64,000 bases of DNA, from assembly GCA_964016885.1 (NCBI GenBank), contig OZ024750.1, positions 20,770,001 to 20,834,000 of the forward strand, in the 5' to 3' direction. Under the pieces are notes generated by a model. It was not told the origin of the DNA. It did not search any database and saw only the letters and a program-made list of their open reading frames with translations. The stretch's first letter is position 1, and each line of letters starts with the position of its first letter. A program made the translations under genes and the position numbers. This document shows, in pieces, positions 16,241 to 31,089 of this stretch. The DNA is from Eledone cirrhosa. Its lineage: Eukaryota.

Positions 16241-17585
16241 GGGTGGTGGTGCTGGTGTGATTGTGATGGTTATGATGGTGATGATATAGTTGTGATAGGG
16301 TTAGGGTGGTGATGCTGGTGCTGGTGTGATTGTGATGGTTATGATGGTGATGAGATAGTTGTGATAGTGTTAGGGTGGTGATGCTGGTGCTGGTGTGATT
16401 GTGATGGTTATGATGGTGATGGGATAGCTGTGATAGTGTTAGGGTGGTGATGCTGGTGCTGGTGTGATTGTGATGATTATGATGGTGATGAGATAGCTGT
16501 GATAGTGTTAGGGTGCTGGTGCTGGTGTGATTGTGATGGTTATGATGGTGATGATATAGTTGTGATAGGGTTAGGGTGGTGGTGCTTATGCTGGTGTGAT
16601 TGTGATGGTTATGATGGTGATGATATAGTTGTGATAGGGTTAAGGTAGTGATGCTGGTGCTGGTGTGATTGTGATGGTTATGATGGTGATGAGATAGCTG
16701 TGATAGTGTTAGGGTGGTGGGCGGGTGCTGGTGTGATTGTGATGGTTATGATGGTGATGAGATAGCTGTGATAGTGTTAGGGTGGTGATGCTGGTGCTGG
16801 TGTGATTGTGATGATTATGATGGTGATGAGATAGCTGTGATAGTGTTAGGGTGGTGATGCTGGTGCTGGTGTGATTGTGATGATTATGATGGTGATGAGA
16901 TAGCTGTGATAGTGTTAGGGTGGTGGGCTGGTGCTGGTGTGATTGTGATGGTTATGATGGTGATGAGATAGCTCTGATAGTGTTAGGGTGGTGGTGCTGG
17001 TACTGGTGTGATTGTGATGGTTATGATGGTGATGATATAGTTGTGATAGGGTTAGGGTGGTGGTGCTGGTGCTGGTGTGAGTGTGATGGTTATGATGGTG
17101 ATGATATAGTTGTGATAGGGTTAGGGTGGTGATGCTGGTGCTGGTGTGATTGTGATGGTTATGATGGTGATGAGATAGCTGTGATAGTGTTAGGGGGGTG
17201 GTGCTGGTACTGGTGTAATTGTGATGGTTATGATGGTGATGAGATAGTTGTGATAGTGTTAGGGTGGTGATGCTGGTGCTGGTGTGATTGTGATGGTTAT
17301 GATGGTGATGAGATAGCTGTGATAGTGTTAGGGTGGTGATGCTGGTGCTGGTGTGATTGTGATGATTATGATGGTGATGAGATAGCTGTGATAGTGTTAG
17401 GGTGGTGCTGGTGCTGGTGTGATTGTGATGGTTATGATGGTGATGAGATAGCTCTGATAGTGTTAGGGTGGTGGTGCTGGTACTGGTGTGATTGTGATGG
17501 TTATGATGGTGATGGGATAGCTGTGATAGGGTTAGGGGGGTGATGCTGGTGCTGGTGTGATTGTTATGGTTATGATGGTGATGAT
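16241..17585. repeat. 69-bp G/T-rich minisatellite, about 19 copies, most with one TTAGGG
   Basis: Unit ttagggtggtgatgctggtgctggtgtgattgtgatggttatgatggtgatgagatagctgtgatagtg starts at 16301 and 16370; followed by (GAT)n low complexity to ~18125. Confidence 0.95.
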
Positions 17586-18554
17586 GATGGTGATGAATAT
17601 AATGATCAGGATCAATTCTGTGGAGATGATGATGCTGGCTATGATGACAATGACAATGGTGATAGTGATGACAGGCGTGCTGATACCAATGGTAATGCTG
17701 ATGATCGTGATTTTGAAAATGATGGTGATAGTGGTAAAGTTATTGATGATGATAATGATGATGGGTATGTTGTTGATGATGATGCTATCGATCACGATGT
17801 TACTGTTGATGAGGATGATAGTTTTGATGATGAATGTTGATGATGATGATTATGTTGATGATGATGATTATGGTGATGCTGATGAAGATGATGATGATGA
17901 TGATTATGGTGATGATGATGATCAAGGTGATGGTGATGATTATGATGATTATGATGATGATGATGATGATGGTGGTGATGATATCCAAGGTGGTGATGGA
18001 GATGGTTGTGATGGTGATTGTGATGGTGAGGGTGGTGATGGAGATGATGGTGATGGTGGGGAAGGTGATGGAGATGATGGTGATGGTGGTGAAGGTGATG
18101 GAGATGATGGTGATGGTGATGATAGCTACCAGGACAGTGATGATAACCGTAATACTCACGACAAATGTCAACAGCTTTCCTCTTTTTTTATCTATGTCGG
18201 TAACCCGGTCTATATTCTAGGAACAAGACAACCCCAATTTTCAAAACTGACCTGTTCACCAATATTAGCACCTATAATCACTCACACATACACACACAAC
18301 CACACTCACACATACACACACAACCACACTCACACATACACACACAACCACACTCACACATACACACACAACCAGACTCACACATGCACACACATCCACA
18401 CTCACACATGCACACACAACCACACTCACAAATGCACACACATATACACTCACACACATTCATTCTCTCACGCTCACAAACACACACACGCATATATATA
18501 TATATATATGAAGTGAGTTTATATGAGTTTATATATATTTATATAAGTGTATAT

Positions 18555-18596
<42 letters not shown>

Positions 18597-18600
18597 AAAG

Positions 18601-18631
<31 letters not shown>

Positions 18632-18641
18632 CACACACATG

Positions 18642-18683
<42 letters not shown>

Positions 18684-18832
18684 AATATATATATATATAT
18701 ACTGAAAGAAAGGTCAATATTTTCAGGCCTATTTCTGTCTAGAGATATGGTCAAATTTGGGCCTTAAATCCTTGGTCAGTGCCTTTGCTCCGTGTATGAA
18801 CATATATACATAATATAATATAACATAACATG

Positions 18833-18889
<57 letters not shown>

Positions 18890-19363
18890 ACTGATTTTTA
18901 TCTATCTATACATCTATCTCCCAATGTATACCAATCCTATCTCGTGTATGTTATTTTTTATTAATATATATGTATATTTCTTCATATATGTGTTATTTTT
19001 GTGACGGTTTCATAGCCCCCACCACGCAGCAGTCTGAGAAGCCCCAAGGATCCCTTCGGTGACTTAACGAATTATTTACAGTCGTGCCTTGCATACCCGA
19101 GAATTCTTTACAAAAATCCATAGATGTTTTCAAGTGTTTTATATGCATGCATGTATGCATGTATGTATTGCATATACTACTCTAGTTTTGAGCGGAGGCA
19201 TACTTAGATAATAAAAAAAAGCCACATGCACACACACATGCATATATTTCTCGCTCACCCCTCTCTCTTCCACACACACACACACCACACACGCATATTC
19301 GCATATATACTTTTAACTCTTCGGGAAACCGTAGTGACTGCTGATCAGCGTAGTACTCGAATA

Positions 19364-19401
<38 letters not shown>

Positions 19402-19456
19402 GGAGAGAGAGAATGTGTGTGTGTGTGTGGGAGAGGGGAGTCCTCTACATACATAC

Positions 19457-19503
<47 letters not shown>

Positions 19504-19905
19504 TACATATATATATTTAGGTAGAGACTGAAGACATGAATGGAATGCTTGGTTGGTTCGATAAAGTTATTGATTCTATGAGACTATTATTTTTATGTTT
19601 GTGAAACTGCGTGTCTGTACAGTTGTAAATATGTGACTGTAAGTGCTTGTACGTTTGTGAAAGTGTGAGTCTGTGATTGCATGTAAGTGTGCGTGATTAT
19701 GTAGTTTCGGTATGTTTGATTGTGTATGTGTATGTGTGCTGTGTGTGTGTGTTTGTTAACGTGATCGTTTCGTTGAATTCTTTATCATTCAATTCCTGCT
19801 TCCACAGATTCTGCCAATATACATCGCATACCTGTTTCCTATATTCTTCTATATATATATGTATGTATATCTGTGCATATATGTATAAGGTGGAATGTGT
19901 ATGTA

Positions 19906-19966
<61 letters not shown>

Positions 19967-20284
19967 CCTTTGTTTCGAGAGAAAATAACTATATAGTTGC
20001 ATGTAAGCGTGTGTGTGTATGCACGCACATACATACACATGGATTGATAAGTATATAGATTGCTCTGAATAAAAGTTATAAATACGCTCCTACATACACA
20101 ATTATATGCAAACATATATTGTCACCTACACACGATCACACACACACACGTGGGTAGCTCCCGCACTATATATTACTACTATATATATGTATCTTATACA
20201 TACAGTAAGTATGAAAGAAATATGGACGGAAGCGTATTTAATATTACATTGTTTTTAAACATATACATACGTACTTACATATAT

Positions 20285-20347
<63 letters not shown>

Positions 20348-20599
20348 TATATACGCGTGTGTACCCGTCATACCTGTGCATAGACGATTTTCTTCCAGAG
20401 AAGTAGAGAGGAAGTTACAAAAAAATCTAGAGGAAGAATCGACCCCAATATTGGAGTGGTATTTTTTTTTTCATCATCAACCTCGAAAGTATAGAAGCAA
20501 AATGGACGTCTGCAAGATTCGAACTCAGAGCGCTATAGCAGTAATGATAACGCAGGGACACTTGTGCTCGATGCACGTGTGTCCGTGTGTGTATATATA

Positions 20600-20634
<35 letters not shown>

Positions 20635-20635
20635 T

Positions 20636-20674
<39 letters not shown>

Positions 20675-20684
20675 TTGTACATGC

Positions 20685-20742
<58 letters not shown>

Positions 20743-20780
20743 TTGTACATGCATGTGTATAGATATATAGATAGATATAT

Positions 20781-20812
<32 letters not shown>

Positions 20813-21161
20813 ATAGATATAGGTATATACGCAAGCATGCACATACGTATATCTGCTTGCATTTGTGCTGCGAATATTTTGGGATATACAAACTTGGTTA
20901 TTAGTGTATGATATATTTTATACATGGTCTCTAGTTCAAGATTCGTTCTTCGACGCGTGGCTATTAAATATAGTGGAACTCCAACAGCAATATTCGTGTG
21001 TTTATATACACATGTGCCTGTGGACTTGTATATGTATGTATGCACATCTACACGTGGAATTTCCTATATACTGATACGTATTGGAATGCGCTTACAAACA
21101 GTGCGGACAAAATTTTGTAATGGTGTTGGTTGTGAGTAAATGGTATTTCTGTGTGCGTATT

Positions 21162-21205
<44 letters not shown>

Positions 21206-21380
21206 AATATATATATATAGGTTTGGGGTTATCATAAATGCTTGTGTATACACGTCTCTTTCTATACAACCATCTATACATAGGTTCATTCATGTATATC
21301 TATATGTATTCATGTGTTGTCGAAACGAAATTATGTTCTAAATTTGTTTAAATTGTTTTAGAACTTTCGTATCTATGTAC

Positions 21381-21437
<57 letters not shown>

Positions 21438-21448
21438 GTATATATATA

Positions 21449-21491
<43 letters not shown>

Positions 21492-21502
21492 GTATATATA
21501 TA

Positions 21503-21545
<43 letters not shown>

Positions 21546-21556
21546 GTATATATATA

Positions 21557-21795
<239 letters not shown>

Positions 21796-21796
21796 G

Positions 21797-21878
<82 letters not shown>

Positions 21879-21974
21879 CGCATATATATATATATATATA
21901 TATATTGTACGTATATATATGTATGTACTTATTTATATATATGTACGTATATATATATACGTATATATATATAC

Positions 21975-22011
<37 letters not shown>

Positions 22012-22412
22012 ACGTATATATATATATGTACTTATTTATATATATGTACGTATATATATATATGTACGTATATATATATATGTACGTATATATATATACG
22101 TATATATATGTAATGTATATATATATATATACGTATATATATATATATACGTATATATATATATATGTACGTATATATATATATACGTATATATATGTAA
22201 TGTATATATATATATATACGTATATATATATATATACGTATATATATATATATGTACGTATATATATATATACGTATATATATATATGTACGTATATATA
22301 TATATACGTATATATATATATGTACGTATATATATATACGTATATATATATATATACGTATATATATATATACGTATATATATATATATATATATATACG
22401 TATATATATATA

Positions 22413-22910
22413 TATATGATAAAGAACACAAGAGCGTCTACAACATCAACAGATTTTTATTGTCTTACAATGTTTCTTCCTTACGTAACCGTAGGATTCT
22501 TCAGAGCTATAAAAGGGGTTTGATTGGAGTTACGGACTCTACCAACCAAACATTCAAGAACAAAGAGTAAAGACAGTAAAGAGCAAAAGCAGAGGACGAT
22601 AAGTCTAATTTTGCAGCAAAATTAGACTTATCGTCCCCTGCTTTTGCTCTTTACTCTCCTTACTCTTTGTTCTTGAATGTTTGGTTGGTAGAGTCCATAA
22701 CACCAATCAAACCCCTTTTATAGCTCTGAAGAATCCTACGGTTACGTAAGGAAGAAACATTGTAAGCCAATAAAAATCTGTTGATGTTGTAGACGCTCTT
22801 GTGTTCTTTATCATATACACGGCTATGCTCCAAAGCATAGAGCTAATTATTATGCTGCCAATACCTTAATGGGACACGGGTATACAATACCTGACTCCTA
22901 TTAACCTAAG

Positions 22911-22916
<6 letters not shown>
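22413..22916. mobile_element. About 400-bp near-perfect palindrome plus ~100-bp tail (Penelope-like), hammerhead in each arm
   Basis: Arms 22413-22614 and 22616-22817 centred on ttttgc-a-gcaaaa; unique tail to 22916; (TA)n flanks. Confidence 0.88.
22720..22770 (+). ncRNA. Type I hammerhead ribozyme motif
   Basis: gct CTGAAGA atcctacg gtta cgtaaggaa GAAA cattg TA agc. Confidence 0.78.
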
Positions 22917-22956
<40 letters not shown>

Positions 22957-23023
22957 GTATATACGTATATATATATATATATATATATATATACGTATAT
23001 ATATATATATATATATATATACG

Positions 23024-23079
<56 letters not shown>

Positions 23080-23081
23080 CG

Positions 23082-23115
<34 letters not shown>

Positions 23116-23116
23116 C

Positions 23117-23150
<34 letters not shown>

Positions 23151-23309
23151 GTATATATATATATATATACGTATATATATACGTGTATATATATATATAT
23201 ACGTATATATATATATATATATATACATTATTATACGTATATAAATATATATATATATATATTATTATACGTATATATGTATATATATATATATATATTA
23301 TTATTATAC

Positions 23310-23377
<68 letters not shown>

Positions 23378-23731
23378 ATATATATATATTATGTATATTT
23401 AGCTATGTATAAATATGTGCGCCTGGCTATCCATGTGCGTGTGCATGTGTGTTTGTGTATGTGAATAGGTAAGCGGTAAATATCTAGTAATTGGTGATTG
23501 CGATCGAATACAACTACGTCTACTAAAATCTCATATGCTGCTGCTGCTGTCATTACTGTTAAAATTACACATCAAACACATATGAAATTAGCTCCCACAA
23601 AATTACAATATACACACTCAACATACAAGCACGTATTGAGTGCTTCGTGAATTGTTTTCTCTGTTTTGGTTTAGTTTTAAGAACACACCATGTGTGTATA
23701 TAAATATATATATATTTATATATATATATAT

Positions 23732-23920
23732 AGCGAAGGAAAAGTGGTAAGGAACCAGGTGGACCATAACGCACCAAAGTACTCAATACTTAGGGTAGTA
23801 GAGTGGGTAATAGGAGTAAGTAAGACCCCGACGGCTGAGCTCAAGCCGTTTCGACGGCTAATTCTGTACTCAATTAGCTGTCGAAACGGCTTGAGCTCAG
23901 CCGTCGGGGTCTTACTTACT

Positions 23921-23925
<5 letters not shown>
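23732..23925 (-). mobile_element. Family A element, ~54-bp inverted arms containing a hammerhead 3' half
   Basis: Arms 23810-23863 and 23872-23925; GAAA cggct-tgagctc-agccg TC. Confidence 0.82.
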
Positions 23926-23957
<32 letters not shown>

Positions 23958-23959
<2 letters not shown>

Positions 23960-24090
23960 ATAAAACTAAATAGTGAGTCTTTTTGCTCTGGCGTTTCGCC
24001 TGTTTATCACAGGGTCATCAGATATATGACGACCCTGTGATAAACAGGCAAAATTCCAGAGTAACGCGACCAACTATTTAGCCTTGATAA
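23958..24090. mobile_element. Diverged palindrome with hammerhead core on the minus strand
   Basis: Minus strand reads CTGATGA c cctg tgataaa cagg c GAAA; the mirror arm reads atgacgaccctgtgataaacaggcaaaattccagagta. Confidence 0.65.
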
Positions 24091-25241
24091 CATGGATATT
24101 AAAATTCTACTTTTGGATTGAGCATTTATTTCTCAAGCGTCAACCACATACAGATATATTTATATATATACCGAATGCTAACATAGTAGAGATTATTCCA
24201 GCTGAGATCATTCACACACACACACATACACACACACACACACAGACACAGACACATACACAGACACACACACCTAAAATGCCAGCGGTTGCAATTATGG
24301 TCTTTTAAGCACTATCAGTCCCGCAGCTAGATGTGTAAACAACTGGTCGACATCAGAATCATTAGGAAGATTTGAAATGTCTGCATCTCAAAATAAAATC
24401 CCACAGTAATAAAAATCTCTATCAATAGTAGTTTTAAAAATCTGGTTCTCTGCTCCTTAGAGACCGAAAAGTGGGCTATGGTCATTTGCTAGGCCAACCA
24501 ATTGTTTAAACACTTACATACTCACACACAGTTACTGTCTAATTGTGTAACGTAAGTTGAAATGATTGAGCTCCCCGTTCGGATTATACAACTTCACTTA
24601 ATGAGCTGTTGCGTCGGCTGATTACCTTCAGTTGTCTCTCGCCTAGACTCAGTTACTTCACTCCACCTAATAGTATTGAGTGCATTTTCGATTAGTTCTA
24701 ATGTGGAACCAGAACATATATATATATAGTTGAAATTGTAGCCGCAACAATGCAGATAACTGTGTTTGTGTCAACTTCCTGACTTTTTCCGGAAGGTAGG
24801 GGTAGAGGAGTTTACCCGAGGTTAACTTTGCCTTTCCTCCTTACGGGGTCGATAAAATAAAGTACCAGTAATGTACTGGATATTTGCTGGCCTTGTGCCA
24901 AAAGTAGAAACACTTATTATATTTTCCATCATCGTAACGACTTTATTCGAATATTCGAAATTTCTAAAACTCATACGCACACAGACACACACTCAAACAA
25001 TCAAACATAGACACACACAAACATACAACCACACATACACACTCATTCACGCACACGCGTGCACACGTATGTATATGCATTGTGGGTATTTCTGGGAGCC
25101 TAAATATTCTGCATGTGTGTTTGTGAGTAATGGTTTTCAATAAAATCTTTGCAGTATATTAAAAGATCTCGAATTTTCTATGTATGGTGTTTTGTGTGCA
25201 TTTCTATATCGCCTTTGTGCCTTTTATTTTATGCCTATACA

Positions 25242-25570
25242 ACTGAATAGTTATGGCACATGTTCTAATGGTTTCGTTGGTGGCCTCGTGATCATAAGAA
25301 TGTGGTTTCAATTCGAAAACGATTGACGTACGTGTTGTGTCTTCGAGCAATATTTTGCTTTAGAATCTAAAGCAATATATTGCTCAAAGACACAACACGT
25401 ACCTCAATCGCTTTCGAATCGAAACCCCATTCTTATGATCACGAGGCCACCAACGTAACCATTAGAACATGTGCCATAACTATTCAGTTAAAGTATAGAT
25501 GAGGCTCCAGTTGATTAGCAGCAGCTGGGAGTTAGTCGTGTAACGGATTGGCGTCCCGTCCAGGGGTTTT
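25242..25570. mobile_element. Second SINE family: tRNA head duplicated as a ~250-bp palindrome, followed by SINE body
   Basis: Arms ~25242-25363 and ~25367-25489; tRNA-like head plus tgttgtgtcttcgagcaa; body motif ggattggcgtcccgtccagggg at ~25546. Related head at ~54118-54235. Confidence 0.75.
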
Positions 25571-26767
25571 CTCTTATAATCTTATGCGTTTAAAAGGCAT
25601 TGAGAAACGGTTAACCGTCATGGTGAAGCGGGATCGGTGTAATGTGATAATCTAACAATTGTATTAATGTGTTTGTATGTATCTCTGTGCGTGTGTGAAA
25701 ACTTAAGTGGTATCTACTCAGTTGCAGCATTTGGACAGGTCATGTAACTTGCCTTCGGTCGATAAAGTAAACAAGCACTGAAGTATTGTAGTCAGTATTA
25801 CAGAATTTTCCTTCCTCTTAAATTGCTAGCTTTCTGTCTAAATCAAAAACTATTTGTGACGTTCGTCGTGTTTTCTTTGTGTATTGTCGTCTTAGTTTAG
25901 CTTCAGATAAACATTGGTGAGGTCGAAAATCCACCTACAGTACTCCACACTTGACAACCCTACTACTCGGGTGCTGTACAATCTATATTACATTATACAA
26001 TGTAACTCCCACCCTACTTTTATATTCATGGATGTAAATTTGCCCATATTTTTGTTATTGTTGATGAAGAAATTTAACCAAAGCTTAGCTCCGATCAGGC
26101 TCACCGAGTCAGCAGAATTCCAGTCGTGACAACCACTTGTTTTTCACACAATTTCATTCAGACTACATTATTAATTTGAGTTCAAATCAGGCCGTGGTTT
26201 ACTTTGCCTTTCATCCTTACGGGGTCGACAAAATAAAGCACCAGTAATGCACTGGGGGTAATTGCTGGCCTTGTGCCAAAAGTAGAAACAATTATTAATT
26301 TGAGTGTCTGCGTTTATTTATGACATAATGTAATCTGGGAAAGACGTGGCAGCTATTTCTTGCATACTAGGCTTAACGAGTTGGACCGAGTGTTTAAGTA
26401 GGGTTTGACAATGCTATCGCTGTGACTGTTTTGTCCAACAAAATAATTCTATGCATTCATTAGTGTATATGTGTGTTCTAACCTATGTATGTATCTGTTT
26501 GAGTGTGCCTGTGCGTGAGGGAACGACTGTGTGTGTTCGACATTATTTGCGTGCAGATATAGCAGCTACGCAAAGTGACGGATAGGACAGAGGTGAAGGC
26601 ATATGTGTACACGGAAATATGTAATAGTTTAAATATAGATCACATTGCATATTTGTGTGCTGGTGACTTATGTATGGTGTATGATCTAACACCTACAAAA
26701 ATATATACACATTTAAAACACATATACTTTCAAGCGTCAGCTTGCGTGCTTCTTTCTATAAAAGTGT

Positions 26768-26845
<78 letters not shown>

Positions 26846-27348
26846 ATGTGTGTGAATATATCCAGCGATACATTAAGTGTAAAGATTTCAAAAATTATGT
26901 TACTGCAAATGTCATCCCAGTTATTACCCTTAAAATTCGTTGCTGGTAGCAATTTTATAGTCGGCCGATGTATTTCGACATTATATTTCTTTTTCAGTCT
27001 CACTCAATCCCCTCTTTCACTAACTCTCTCTAACTATGTCGTTTAATATATAAATATCTTTAATCCATCCCTCTCACTCCTCTTATCATGATATTTATCG
27101 CTCTTTCTATATAATTATCTATATTTTAAGCGACCAGTTGCGTGCAGTATTTGCATTTAGTGATTCTGCCGGTAGTTGGTATAACCACCAAAGATGAAAT
27201 CTATAGTAATTAAACATCGTCTCTCAAGATATAAGACTTTTATATTCAACTCTACATTTCCTATTGGATTCTATCTCAGATACGTTTTTACCAATATGTA
27301 ATATATAACAAAAAATTTGCGCAACTCCAATATTACAATATTACGAAA

Positions 27349-27430
<82 letters not shown>

Positions 27431-27798
27431 CATCCTCATGTTACACTAATTCTCCCATCTCTCTTGGTTAAACAACATCCTTCGCATTTTCAGAGCTATG
27501 GAATTAAATATGTTACAGACGTTTGTGCAACATTTAACCTGGTTCATTTAATGAGTGCAGAGTCTCAACACACCTCCAGTCACTATTAACATTATATATG
27601 ATATTTTAAACTGTTATTTCCCGCATTCTTTGTTACAAATTCAGCAAAGCACATATATGCTACATATATGTGTACACACATAGACAGGCTTAAGCACGTA
27701 CACATAGAGCTACTCACGCACAAACATGCACGCAGGCACATAATCTGTGTTGACTGGAAAATACTTGAAAACCTCTTTAATTAATCTTTAATTATTAT

Positions 27799-27990
27799 TG
27801 GCAGTGGATTGGCAGTATCGGTGGAGGGTCGGACACCATGCTTTCCAGCATAGTTACGTCCCTTTACGATCCGAGTTCAAATCCCGCCGAGGTTGACTTT
27901 GCCTTTCATCCTTACGGGGTCGATAAAATAAAGTACCAGTAATGCACTGGGTAATTGCTGGCCTGGTGCCTAAAGTAGAAATAATTATTA
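27799..27990 (+). mobile_element. Full-length tRNA-derived SINE
   Basis: ggcagtggattggcagtatcggt (A box), gagttcaaatccc (B box), core and tail; similar AT-rich flanks. Confidence 0.92.
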
Positions 27991-28582
27991 GTTAATTTTT
28001 AATTATTCTCTTTATTTTAACCGGCAAGAATTATTTTAACCGGCAATTATTAACATTGCATAAAATATTGTGTATATTTTCTTCATTTCAGGTTTTCATT
28101 GTATTATATTTTACTTTTATTATATCAAATGTTTGTATGATTGCATTTGTGACGTTTATGTTATATGCACCATCTTGTCCAACTGAACAAGTGAACAGAC
28201 GTTGCAGCAACTAAGCTTAAATATTTGAATTGTCTTGATTTAAGTCAACCAAATATGCGTGTCTATGTGTGTATCTATAAGCCTAAATACATGCAACATT
28301 ATTCACTCTAAACACCTTAGGAAGAATTCCTAGTTATTTAATTAAACTTAATATATTCATACTTTCCATATTCTTACACGTGTATTATATTACATCATGT
28401 AAGCTCCATTTTACAATATCGATTAATCGGTATCAATTATATATATTCATTCTCCCGAATGAAACATCTCTAGTCCTGTAGAAGCCATTACTTTGTTAAA
28501 TATTTGTACTCTGCTATGTATTGAGTACCTTACTAACTGTGGTTACCCCCGATTGAACCCGGGATAAACTTATATATATATA

Positions 28583-28628
<46 letters not shown>

Positions 28629-29082
28629 CATATAAATGTGTGTGTGTGTGTGTGAGTAAGCGTGTATGTGTGCACGCGTATATGTGCGTTCTTGTGTTTA
28701 CGTTTACACAGCTTGTAAACCGGCCCTGTTGCATCTCTTTGGTGTCCATTAAACAGTATTCGAATAAATAATAAAGTTGTATTCCACCATTATCGCGGTC
28801 TATGACTACATTTACGAAAGCAATAGGATGGATAAGTCTATGTATTTGGGTGTATTGTACTATTTAAAATTTATTTCCAAAATTATTCCATTCTTTATCC
28901 CACTACGGCATCAAACCAGACACCAATTCCCTTATGTATGAAGCTATACGAACCAAGAATCTTTCCCGGGTGAATTAGCGGCTGATTCTGCCAAACAGTA
29001 GTGACTGACGACCAATATACGTACTATATGTATATGTGTATGCGTCTATGCATATTTGTGTACATATAGATAGATAGATCGG

Positions 29083-29123
<41 letters not shown>

Positions 29124-31004
29124 GCATAGATAGATATGATGTGTTCGCAATTCTTTAGTTTTGGTTGGCCAATTGATTTAAGTTTAGTGAGCAACAGCTA
29201 CATTGAAAGAAATAATAATTGCCTTTTCAGCACACATGTTGCATAATACTATTACATATATGTTCTTTGCGTAGTAGTGAGAATTGATTATTTTTATCTA
29301 TATATAAAGAAATGGACCTCAAATTGTTTGGTTTTCCAAAAATACTGCTGTGCTACTAATTGCCTTTTTTAATGTCAATTGTATGCATTTAAAGACTTTA
29401 TTCGTATTCCTCTTAACGATAGGGGTAGATTTATCCATTTCCCTCACCAGGAAACTGAAAATTTCCATTAAGATGTGTGATTTTCTTTGTTTATTGTCTT
29501 CCTAAAATAGAAAACATGCTTGTACCAAGCTTGCTTTAGAAGATGCTCTTAAGAGTTTTTTTTTCTTTTTAATGATCAAAAGTACGTTTAATACTTTAAT
29601 TAAAACACGAACAGTGTCTATGCTGATATCACACCATCCGCCAAGGTTAACTTTGACTGTCATTAAGGAGTCGATGAAATAAAGCACCAGTAATCCACTG
29701 GGGTAATTTCTGGCCTTGTGACAAAAGCAGAAACAATTATTACGATATGTCAATGACGATATGTATAATCTGTAGAAATGCAGTCTTAATTTTAAGAAAC
29801 CTGAATATGTATTGAAGTCATCATAACTATAGGTGCAATATGTAACCCTGCTCTGCTATTTTGTAACATTTTAAACCATTTTGTTGCCATATTTCTAATA
29901 TAAAATGCCTCTGATTAAATTATAATCGTGAAGATAATGACAAATGTTGAGGAATTTACTAAAATATCTGATTTTCTCATATGGTTTTAGAACATAAAAT
30001 AAAGTTCCATATATATTTATGATACAAGCCTTTTCTATAAGTATAAACAATTTAGAATAAACAATTTTTTATTACAGAGGCAAGGCCGGATTGCCTATTG
30101 TTTTTTCAAATATTTTTCTTTAAATAATCAAGAATGTGTAGGAATTATTTAAATAAATATGTTTTTCATATTACTTCTCTAGTATTTGGGAATATTTAAA
30201 GAGTGATTTTCATATGAAGTTATGGGGGAAGGTTTTAGATAAATAAGATAAACAGCTTCGTATAGTAGAATCAGAAGCATTTTGAGGCAGGTTGGAATCA
30301 GAAATATATTAAAGCTGTATATATATATATTGTTTCCGCCACAAATAAATGAGCAGCAAATGTAGATAGGAGCAAGCATGTTTAGTGTGGATAAGGAGTT
30401 CACTCTGCAGCCACGTGTTTTCGAGAACTGTAGAACCTCGTCTTTGTATGCCTGTATGTATATATGTATGTATGTGTGTATGTACGTATGTGTGTATGCA
30501 TATATTTAAGTGTGTATATATGTATGTGTGTGTACGTAGGTAGGTAGGTAGGTAGGTAGGTAGGTAGGTAGGTGTATATGTATGTAGGTAGGTTTAATAA
30601 TTGTTTATGTCACGTTGTATAGCAACTCGACAAAATATTCATCGATTAACCAAGTAGTAGACTTGAAAAAAATAAACCCTGGCGTCGTTATGATTAACTT
30701 AATCCCTTTAATACGTTGTTCATATGTGGCCGTAACATATCCGCAGTCTAATGACAGGAGCATGTAAAAGAATAAGCACTTCTTCATAAAAAATAAATAT
30801 TTTAAGTTCCATCAAAATATATATATTAAGTTCTACTTGCGAGGTATAAACAGAATATTTCTGCAGTAGATAATATTAAGTGGAATATCTCCTAATATGT
30901 CTATCATAGAAACCATTGCATTTACTAGAAACCATTGCATTTACTAAACTTTCTAGCTGCGAACGTGACCTATAAACTGGTCTCTCGCTCCCCCCTCTCT
31001 ATCT

Positions 31005-31089
<85 letters not shown>

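Noticed and set aside
17557-18516. 319-aa Met/Asp/Gly/His-rich ORF
   Set aside because: It spans (GAT)n and CA-rich repeats and is open in several frames on both strands; low-complexity artefact.
19000-19050. Isolated GAAA-stem III-UH half motifs on the minus strand (also ~32002 and ~32225)
   Set aside because: The 5' core is missing and there is no second copy to support them; possibly decayed PLE ends, but too weak to call.
27799-27890. Possible tRNA genes at SINE heads
   Set aside because: A and B boxes are present but there is no intact cloverleaf, and the sequence continues into the SINE body.
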